Positions 1 to 9,237 of a stretch of DNA of 16,000 nt are shown in pieces. The stretch spans positions 1 through 16,000 of the forward strand of contig JAKLZA010000080.1 in assembly GCA_030704615.1 (NCBI GenBank), in the 5' to 3' direction. Source of the DNA: Takakia lepidozioides (taxonomy: Eukaryota; Plantae; Bryophyta). Position 1 is the stretch's first letter. Each line of letters starts with the position of its first letter. Made by a program: the position numbers and the translations under genes. A model generated the notes under the pieces. It made no database searches and was not told where the DNA came from. It was given only the letters and a program-made list of their open reading frames with translations.

Positions 1-216
1 GCCGTCAAAAGGGATGAAAGGCGGGCTCATTAATGAGTACGGAAAAAGGGAAACGGAACGAACGGCAAGTACAGAAAAGCGGAATTTTTGTCACATGTGT
101 GATCCTAGTGGACTATCCAACAGGGAAAGTCCACTAAAGAAGATAAAATCTAAAATCCAGTCACAGCGGATACAGCCAATAGAAAACCGAGAAAGGATCA
201 AGAAAATGGAGGGAAA

Positions 217-1101
217 TTGAGCGCAAGAGGCGGCGTCGTTCTGAGTAACGGGCGTCTCGACAGGACAGACCATCAATGCTATACCTTGGAAACTATGGAG
301 GAACTAACAGACTATACGCTTGCAATATTACTTACGCAGTGGCATAGACACGAAAGGACAGAGCGGAGCTTTTCTCTTGAGCGATGCTTGCAAGCCCCGC
401 AGGCTTACAAAAAATTACCCATAGCTTTCTGCGGCAACCATACGTTTATGCTTTGTGCACTACAGGCATTCCTATAGTTGTTACAGCCAAAATAGTTCGG
501 TGAGTCTAGAATGAAGAGAGTGAGAGGCATGGAGGAAATCAGGGTGAAGAGCACCACGATTCTGCAGAAACAAACAATTGCTACCCCACAGGCGATACAG
601 TTACTGGAGGAGCTGAGATTGCAAGGATTGCAAAGCCTAGATTGGACACTACACCATAGACAATACATGTTACAATTTTTGCAGAACTTTGAGCCAAGGG
701 CAGGAACAACAACGGTGAAGGGAGTTGAATTGATGATTACTCCCCTATACCTCCAGCAATTGTTTCGATTGCCAGCAGGTCAGGTGCATGTGGAGGAACA
801 CAGGGCAAGACTGCAAATAGGGGACTTATTCCAAGAAGGGAGTTTCTTTAAAACTCAGGGTTATGCTTGTACCAAGGCTGTGTACCCAGGGCTAAAAGAG
901 ATAGGCCAGGTATTGAACGTTCTGATTGCCATGAAACAGAACCAACAGTATTTGAGCAGATCCTTCACGGAGGAAATACTCAAAGGCCTGAAGGGACAAG
1001 AGGTACAATGGCGGACATAATGTACAACGCACTGGTAGAGGAGATGAAAAGATTACAAGGTACTACCGCATAGTCTCCTATAATAGTGTCGGGGGCTGCT
1101 A
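217..1101 (+). pseudogene. Decayed retrotransposon-associated ORF (resembles the 'putative plant transposon protein'/extra-ORF type), 5' part, interrupted by the DNA transposon
   Basis: ORFs 217..477 and 511..1020 are in frame across two TAG codons. A 1-bp frameshift near 1010 leads into ADIMYNALVEEMK. The motif QFLQNF...TVKGVELMITPLYLQQLFRLPAG...GQEVQWADIMY resembles plant LTR-retrotransposon accessory ORFs. Confidence 0.6.
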
Positions 1102-1171
1102 TTTCATGAGCCATGAGCCATGAGCGGCATGAGCCATGAGCAGAGTCGTAAGTGTGGAAAAAAACATGAGC
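1102..1171 (+). repeat. Left imperfect terminal inverted repeat built of CATGAGC units
   Basis: CATGAGC at 1105, 1112, 1119, 1128, 1135 and 1165. It also shares AGTC(G)TAAG with the reverse complement of the right end. Confidence 0.85.
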
Positions 1172-1553
1172 AGCACTATTTTCCGGAAATGAGTGTCCGC
1201 GGGAATAGGGTTTAGGGTGCCACGGTCATAGGGGGAGAAGGACCTCCCGATGAAGGAGGTTCGGCAATGTTATTTAGAATTATATATTGAAAGGCAATGT
1301 TTCGCAAATGGTAGGGTGGTACTGCTCTGTACAATGGGGCCCATTTCAGCCTTACCAGCCATTTGCAAAATTCACCCACACTCCCAATCCCAAACGAAAT
1401 GAGCAATGACGCATTCTCGGAACAATGGACACAGAATAGAATAAAAAGAGGGCACAATGAGGTTTTTATTGATCCACATGAATTGCATTTGAAGCACGTC
1501 TACTGTGCTGATTGTGCCCTCAAATCTTGAGCCCTGTGCCTACTGAATACAAG

Positions 1554-2651
1554 TCACGTTGTCAATGGGACTTCGACTGCTCTCAGAACTAGCTCATGAG
1601 TCCTGGGGCTCCTCCATGTAAAGTCGATTGCAGCCGTTGTACCGCCCCTAGTGATGTTCACCACAATGTCCTGCCCTTCAATCATACCACCATCGAATAT
1701 GGAAATCTTCACGTTTTCGTCGTCCACACCAATGCGAATGTCCCCATACAATGGAGAAGAGGAGCGCACTCCTCGAGGAGAATAGGTCTCTCCGATGGAG
1801 TCCACCCACGTCCAGTGGCAGCAGTTCCACCGCAACAGCATAGCAGTGCGCCTTCTTCTGCATGGGTGACCGTCGTAGCTGGGAAAATCGGAATCGAGGA
1901 TGCGCAGGAGCCACGGACTCCTCAAACCAAGATCGTCACCCCGCTCGAAGGCGTAGTGGCCTACGATATACTCAAAAGCCACCAATGTTTCCACAATCGA
2001 ACCAGTATCTTCTGTGTAATCTGTGTACCAGATAACAATGTCTCCCGATGTGGCCGAATACATTGCATAATCGATGCCTCCAAAGGGGCAGTCGTCCCGG
2101 TTCCGGAAGCACGGCATCCTTGCAAAGGAGGACCTGAGGACGACTTGGATGCCGATGACCTTGCGGACAGCTACGAAGCCCTTAGATTTTGGAAAAGATA
2201 CGAAGCGGAAGAGCAGTCCGGCCTCCAAAATGGAGCATCTGGGTCACACGTACCCACCGACGGAGGTGGAACGTGTTCATCACGCCAGCGGTGGATGAAG
2301 CCATACATCTTTCTCATCAACAAGTTATAGTTTGAGATCTGCCACCGAAGTCCATCCCCCCGGATGGAAATTCGGCGCCGCATTTACATCGAAGAGGGGA
2401 TGGACTTCGTCGTGTCCAGTGGCTATCGGCCCACCTGGCAGTGACTGCCCATAGTTTGCATGGCAGGGTAGGAAACTGAAACGGCTACATTCATGCAGCA
2501 GCCAATCTTCATCGGTCCAGGATCCTGTACGGGGGAAATTTAAATGTGCCCTGGAGTGTGCCCTGGAATGTACCTCACTTCTGTATGACTGTGTTTCATT
2601 GTGTTGAATAACTCTCGGATTTGGCCCACTGTTTACAATTTGATGTCTCAT
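1554..2651 (-). pseudogene. Putative third element gene of unknown function, interrupted by in-frame stops
   Basis: ORFs 2325..2651 and 1554..2228 are in the same frame, separated by TAA/TGA/TGA/TGA codons (compatible with CAA/CGA deamination, or with an unrecognised intron). The C-terminal 224 aa look globular and beta-rich. No family recognised. Confidence 0.4.
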
Positions 2652-2744
2652 TTCTACAATTTGTCTGTCTGGTTGAATAAAGCAGAGTAACCGGTATGTG
2701 AGTCATGTGTCAAGAATATACCAGAGTAACGCCATGTCGGACAT

Positions 2745-3544
2745 TGAAATGCGGCACCGCATTTCCATGTCGGCATCGAAATGCGGCGCCGCATTTCCAA
2801 GTCGGGATCGAAATGCGGCACCGCATTTCCATGTCGGACATCGAAATGCGGCACCGCATTTCCATGTGGGACAAGAAAATGCGGTGCATCATTTCCGTCC
2901 AGGTACACGAAATACCAACACGGGTCTATAAATTGATCAGAAAACGAGGTTGGCATTGCAAATGCGGCGACGCATTTCCAGCTTGGCAATGGAAACTTCT
3001 TTTTGGACAAGGGAATGCGGTGCCGCATTTCCGTCCAACACTTCGAAAAGTGCACCTATTTCCGACCAGCGCGATGGAATGCGTTACCGCATTTCCGAGA
3101 GAGGGTCTGCAAATTGACAAATTGCGATGTCCGTTCTGGAAATGCGGCGCCGCATTTCCATGTCCGTCATCGACTTTTTTTTTACAATGGAATGCGGTGC
3201 CAGTTTTTGCTGATGGGTCTGCAGTTCGAACAACCACCATCCCCAATATGGAAATGCGGCACCGCATTTCCAATCCCGCCATGTCGGCCTCCTTGTTCGA
3301 CCTCCTTGTTCGACCTCTGTAAGCGTGGTGGCATCCATGCAATGAGCGGGAGAGGCCAAAACTGGCGTGTGGACAAAGGAAATTTTGGAAATGCGGCACC
3401 GCATTCCCAATTCAGATTACTTTTTACTATGCCAACATTGAAATGGAAAAATTAGTCCCTCCCCTGTTTTGGAAATGCGGTGCCGCATTTCCAAAAGAGG
3501 TTCTTAGAGTTGCCAAAATTTTGGAAATGCCCTGACCCATTTCT
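2745..3544. repeat. Second, looser array of ~14 copies of the same palindrome
   Basis: Unit starts about 2745, 2777, 2809, 2842, 2875, 2958, 3011, 3075, 3138, 3188, 3250, 3387, 3471, 3523. The first five form a 32-33-bp tandem repeat. Confidence 0.93.
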
Positions 3545-3680
3545 GATTTTGGGAGCGTCCTGGTTTGGGCGATTGTGTGGCTGGAATGCACACTGGAGAG
3601 GGGTCACGAATGTCGGGCAGAATTTTCTTTATATACTCTGGAAGAGAATTTACATTTACAGAGACTTCATTAAAATTCTA

Positions 3681-6600
3681 TTAATCTTGAAAATCATCGG
3701 AATCCTCATCCTGTTCTAGACTGTCCTGCTCCTCCTCCACCCCCTCAGTGCCTCTCTCATCTCCAGCGGACTGCTCGTTGGCCAGGCTTTCGAAAATCCC
3801 ATCTTCCCCTTGCGGAACTGTCCATCTCACCTCCGTTGGGTCGTCTCCTCCCTGTCTGCGTCGCTCTCATCCGCTGAATCACATATGTACTTTCGTACCC
3901 GTCTACCTGTCTGAGCTGCTGCCAACTCTTTCCTTATCCTTCTGTCCTCCCTAGCCCTCTCCAAAATCTGCTCTACTTTACTGGGATTCTCACTTCTTCT
4001 AATCGCTGTATTTGCGAGTTTAGCTGCATAACTAGGAAGGGAGTAGTCCCTCACCGGGCTCGTCATGAAGTCGGCCCTCGCAAAGAACGGGACATTCTTC
4101 CTGGCAGGAAGTGTAGGCCCTACATGTTTCGACCCGGACCCTGCAATCCTGCACATGACAATCATCAACGAGACTAATGAGAACCACAGTCGGGAAATTC
4201 CTTTGACATAAATGACCCAGAAGGCTTTGCAAACTTACAATGTTTGCACTCACTCGTATTCCGGGTTCTCCTCTGCATCAATGTCCACTGTGTCTTCCTC
4301 GGACTCCGACGAATCCGAGGAGACTTCCGCTCTGTCGGGAGCCTTCACATTCCGTTGCAGCCCCTCCAGATGGGATCCCCACACGGATGAATCCTCCTCG
4401 TAGGCAAAGAGGTGCCGGTCGGAAAACCGCCCAGCCCACATTGAGGCACCTGTTACAATGCCATCCACACATTACCACATGGCGCTTCAGATGTTGCGAA
4501 CTACATCCTAACGAGAATTTGCAGAACAGCAGAGATCAAGATTCTGCATACCTGTCCCACAGATGAGGTCCAGCACTGTGCCCTCCACGTCTGTGCATGT
4601 CTCCATAATTGTCTGAATGAAGGCAGGGCTCCGAGTCCGTGAGTACCGCAGGGGTTCCGTTGAAGTGAGGCTATGAGGGAGAAGTTCCTTGGGAACGTTG
4701 TTGAACAGAACGTCGTAATCGAGTGGGTCGCAGTTCGGGTCAACCTTTCCTCCCTCCTTCCGGAAAGCAAAGGTGGAGTTTTCCTTCACAAAGCAGTATG
4801 CATCGAACTGCTTCGTCTGCATACACAGGGGGAAAACGATTAGAAACCGAATGCGGCACCGCATTTGAAAGCACCCAAGCAAATGAATGGACGAGTGCCA
4901 GTGTCGTAATCACCTTCTTCCCTTCCGACCGAAGGCCCAGTGTGTTGATGCACGTCCACTTCTTTTTCAGAATCGGGACGGCGCTCTTGCGGGTCCACTT
5001 CGCAATTCCTGTCTGAGTGTTTTTTCCTCTGCTCGCCAGGACAACCACACAGCCTCTGTCGTCCAACACCATGCGGGCAAGCCCGAATCCTTTCTTCCAA
5101 AAGTCCTCCGAGTACCTGTTCCAAGATGGCAAAGCTTGCAGTCCTTCCACAGGCTCTCCGTCCGGAATATCCAAGATGATCATATCGCAAGACCACTCGG
5201 TGGCATTTCCGCCCCTCCTACAATCCTTGTCTGCACACACCCTCTCAAAGAACGAGACCATATTCTGAAATCCTGGGGTGTCGGAAGGCTCTTCGGCAGT
5301 CGCCTTCTTCAGTGCTCTGCCCTTCAGACCCTCCATGGTCTTCATGTATGCCAACTTGGCTGCCCGTCCATCCAAAGCCGCCAAGAAACTCTCATTTACA
5401 CACTGGACTACAGTTTCGGGAGCCACTTTCGGCCTCTTCATTTCCACCGGCTCGAAAGGGTGCCCCCCTGGGGGGTTGAAGAGTGCCTTCTTTGCCGAGC
5501 CAGTTCTCGTGCCTCTCGTGACAACGGTGGGCACAGGGGAGGCAGCCTGCGTTTGGGGGGTGGGCTGGTTGCAAAGTCTCCATCGGAGTCCTCTTCCTCA
5601 CCCTCTTCCTGAACAGGCTGTTTCTGCTTCTTCGTTTTGGCGGGTGTCACAACAGCTGCTCCTTGCTGGCGAGTCCTCTTCTTCGACCCCTTCTGTTGGG
5701 CCTGCACAGCTGCATCCACCGTCTTTTGTGCCATCTCAGCTGCCTTTCTGGATTCTTCCAGAGCAGCAGATTCCTTTGCCGACTTTGGCCCAGCAGGGAC
5801 ACGTCTTTCCTTTCTCTTCTCTTCTGCCAAGGCGTGCAGATCTTTCTCAGACTCGTCAACAATACCGCCAGACATGTCCAGGTACCACGGGCATCCAACG
5901 AGATGCGCGGGATGCCATTGTTTCTGCATCTCGGGTGTGTAGACACAGCTTGGGCCCGCCACGGTCCAAGCCATGAAGAACGGGGGCTCTTGAGCCAGGG
6001 CCCCTGTCTGAAGGAGCACGTATTTCATATACCTGCAAGGCAGTCAGCATGCGTGAGCAAAACTTGAGACCAACCTACTGGCAGAGTGCCACCGAAAACA
6101 TAAAATGCGAATGCGGTGCCGCATTTCCGAGACAAACCTCGTAACCAGGCTTCGCATACAAGGGCAGCTGTGCTTCACCTGTAAACAATTCGCATTGCAG
6201 CTTTCCCCGCTCCCTCCTGATGTGTAAACTCCACGCTCCTTCTTGCTGTCTGTAGCTCTCTGGCGAAAAGGTTGTCCTTGTACGCACATCTGAAACGTGT
6301 CACGTAGTCTTCCAATGTCTGTGTTCCATCCCATTTGACGTACAAGCCGAACGAATTTGTGTGCATTACGACTTGCTCCTTTGCATTCGACATTACCTGC
6401 CATTCCCAAATGCATTGTCACGTAGCAGTTCAGGGAATTCATGTCAGAAAAGCAAATCTGGGGAAGTACCTTGAATTACCTGGAACCACCAAGTCATGCG
6501 GTTGAGCCACACATCCACTGCAGGGTCGGAAACTTCCAGTGGAAAAGACCACATTGTCCTTATGCTCTCGGATGCATTCCAGATCGACAGCCACCGTGTC

Positions 6601-8802
6601 TGCCATTTCCGATCCAATGTCAGTGGCTGGAAGAGAGTGGCTATTGCTAGGAAGGAAATTCAGTGCATTGAAACCTCACCTTCTCTTTCGCCTCCACACA
6701 TGCCGTTGAGAGGTGATGCAGTTTCTCCAATTGCATGGTCGGCTGCATGGCCCGAGAATAGTGTTTTGCAATCTCGGGGATGAAGTCCTTTCCAAGTGCC
6801 GGATCTGCAATTGCCACCAGCTTCACAAGCTTTGACTTGTATTTGGTTCTGGACTTGACACCGGCTTCCTTCAAGTGCTCAGTCAATGACTGCAACGTTT
6901 TGACCTGCCCCTCACTTTCCATGAAGAAGCGTTTGGCATGGGCCAAATCCAGCTTGATGTTTGACTGCCAACAAAAACATGCAGAAGCGTTACATTCGAT
7001 TCATGTGGAAACATTACTGGAAATTGGGGAAGGATGAGCAGAGGGAAATTGGAGCACGACTTACTTCGTATATCACCTCCACCATTCCATCCATAGTGAG
7101 ACGATACCATGTCCGGTCTGTTTTTGCAACGGCTTTCTGAATGAGCTCCGGCTCCAGCATTTCCGCAAACATCTGCGGATCAGTAAGACCAGTTTTCCTC
7201 ACCCTGTACAGCATATGTGCCATGTGGGTATGCACGTACGCATTCTCAGTGACCCTGCAAGGCACACTCTCCAGTTCAGTACACGGAAGCACGGAATCAA
7301 ACCAGAATGGAAACCGAAATGCGGCACCGCATTTCGAATGTGCTAGGGAGGGTATGAGTATCTTACGAGTTGAGGTCCGCCATGGCATTCTTGAGGAGGG
7401 AGGAGTCTGCCGCCTTCACCTTGAGGATGACACACTCCACCATGTAATGCCAGCCAATGTGCTTGGCATGGTTCTGCTTGATGTACTCCCACCAGGCGAG
7501 AAGTCGGTGATTCCCGTCCCACACAAAGAACATTTTTCCCGACATATGGCCGAAGTCGGGATCACCCTTCAGCGTCGCCTCGAATTCGTGGTTGCGAGTG
7601 TGCCAGTGGGTATCCCACGTTGACAATTCATCGGCAGTGGGTCCACGGGTTTCGCCGTCCTCATTCTCTATGGAAACGTAAAACGCTGCCGATCCCAGAC
7701 GGTACCCTTCTCGAAATGCGAACTTGAGCTTATCCACATCTCCGGGAAGGGCCTGCCTGACGATGGGAAGGGAGACCATGCGACAGAGTGGGATTCGAAG
7801 AGTCCGCTGGAATACCCTGCTGCCCAGAACTCTGCCAATGCTACTGTGTGTCTCCTCCAACATTTTATCCGCTGCACTTTTGAAATCCTCCGGAGACATG
7901 TCTGTAGGTGCAGGTAGTGGCTGAGCAGGTGGAGCATCCTCAACTGGAGCTGCACTCTGGGGCCTGTGTGCGGGCAATTCTGCCACTGCAGAGGCCTCCT
8001 CCGGGCCTGCTAGCTCATCGGTGGTGAGGTCTGCCTGCGAACGTTCAGCGGCAGCACCCTCCTCCGGTACCAAATCGAGATCAACGGTCGATCCCATTGC
8101 CTTCGCTGCAGCAGAGTCGGCCCCAACATCTGCAGGCGGGAAATCCTCCAGGAACTGAGCTTCAGCTCGTGGAAGCGTTTTGCGGGAGATTGTTCGCCCG
8201 TCGCCCTGATTGCCTTCTGCTTCCTCATCCTTGCAGGTGAAGGTGTCTGCTGCAATAGAATCTGTCTTCTACCCTGCTGCTTCATTCGCGTTGGGGGGGG
8301 TGAATCGGCCTGAGCCGGTTCAGAAGCCAGTAGAGGGACGGGCTGCTTCTTCTTCGACTTTGCTGGAGAAGGGCCCGACCCGTGCTGGCGATTCTCCATG
8401 ATCGAAGAACGCGAGTCGATCTCTGAGACTTTGAACTTGCCCTTCGAAGACGCGTCTTTGAATCGCAGAGGGCTAGGCCCGGCAGGAGTACCCGCGCTCG
8501 GGGATCGGGTGGGTGTACGTGCTGCAGCTAGCTCCTCGGACTCTTCCTGCGGCTCTTCGGATTCCTGCGATCCCTCCAGCACGTCCACCTTTCCTGTTAG
8601 GCATGCAAACATGTTCTGCATTCAAGTCTCCTAGCATTCAGTCTAAGAATTACAGAAGCAAAATGGGGGGTTCGGTGCTCGATCAGCTGCGCGCAGCCCG
8701 ATCGCATGGAGCTCTCACTGGTGGCTGGGTTGCCTGAGTGGCCTGCTGCTCGGAGATGGCAATCTCCTCCTGTAGACGCATCTGCTTCCTCCCCTTCGGC
8801 AT
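3681..8802 (-). CDS. Multi-exon (~10 exons, ~1,400 aa) protein: low-complexity N-terminus + ParB/Sulfiredoxin-like domain + central region + beta-class N6A/N4C DNA methyltransferase-like domain + acidic tail; three apparent 1-bp frameshifts
   Basis: Phase-compatible GT-AG exons: 8802-8719 (tentative), ~8600-7367 (acceptor uncertain), 7254-7065, 6964-6680, 6599-6480, 6396-6179, 6032-4914, 4816-4552, 4449-4254, 4148-3681. Motifs: FFVWDGNHRLLAW (DGNHR 7504-7518); CDMIILDIPD (motif IV-like, DIPD 5160-5171); spliced VLDLICGT|GASMWAGRFSDRHLFAYEED (motif I-II, SAM binding). Frame changes at G runs near 8293-8300, 5555-5560 and 3838-3840, and a possible TAG at 8269-8271. Confidence 0.8.
4380..5200 (-). 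other. Beta-class amino-DNA methyltransferase-like domain (N6_N4_Mtase type) split over three exons
   Basis: Catalytic-type motif DMIILDIPD is followed by ARMVLDDRGCVVV (cf. R+LK..G.+++), then RSPAFIQTIMETCTDVEGTVLDLICGTGASMWAG..SDRHLFAYEED (cf. KP..++..++...T..G..VLDPF.GSGTT..A.....R...G.E.D). Motif IV precedes motif I, which is the beta order. Confidence 0.8.
7370..7810 (-). other. ParB/Sulfiredoxin-like N-terminal domain
   Basis: RIPLCRM...VRQ...DVDKLK..F..GY...(insert)...FFVWDGNHRLLAW matches the ParB/Srx layout (IP+..+...R....+..L..S+...G ... ++DGxHR+.A). Confidence 0.72.
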
Positions 8803-9237
8803 TGGCCTACGTCCGAAGTATAATTTCCGGAGCTTGCGACGAGGTCTCCTGTCTGGTGCACGAACTCCCCCCCTCTCAGGTTCGAGCATAAGAAGAACAG
8901 AGAGAGGGAAAAGGGGCAAAGAGTGCAGATGGAAAGGGCGCGAGAGGGGTGACTGAGGAGACACGACAAAAGTAGATGAAACGGCGGTGATGCACCACTT
9001 GGGTTCGAAAGGTTGGACGAAAGTGTCTCCTCGTGGAGTTTGCGTCATTACGAAATTCGAATCGTTGAGGGTACGCCCGCCGTCCGAAAATCAAACATCA
9101 TTATCCAACGGTCAGGCCGCGCCGCCTCATGCCCCTTCAGTCAGATAGAGTGCCGACATGTGCAGCAATTCCGTTGCTCCACGTGTTCACATTTCAAGGC
9201 ATTTCCGTCCCAGCGTCTGATGAGTTGGAGCGAGAAT

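Noticed and set aside
1082-1101. G-starting MULE termini (GGGGGCTG... / ...AAACCTCC) with a 9-bp TSD
   Set aside because: The match outside CTATTTCATGAGC is poor, no direct repeat flanks it, and those bases read as part of the interrupted flanking ORF.
2654-3455. ORFs of 130-205 aa over the smaller array
   Set aside because: Same artefact of the palindromic repeat.
5555-5560. Programmed ribosomal frameshifting at C runs
   Set aside because: No canonical slippery heptamer or stimulatory structure was seen. Homopolymer error or mutation is simpler.
4887-6067. Plus-strand ORFs 4887..5612, 5278..5976 and 5663..6067
   Set aside because: Antisense shadows of the minus-strand methyltransferase-like exons, with no motifs.
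3681-8802. Bacterial or phage contamination explaining the ParB-MTase gene
   Set aside because: Multiple phase-consistent spliceosomal introns, and location inside a eukaryotic TIR element.
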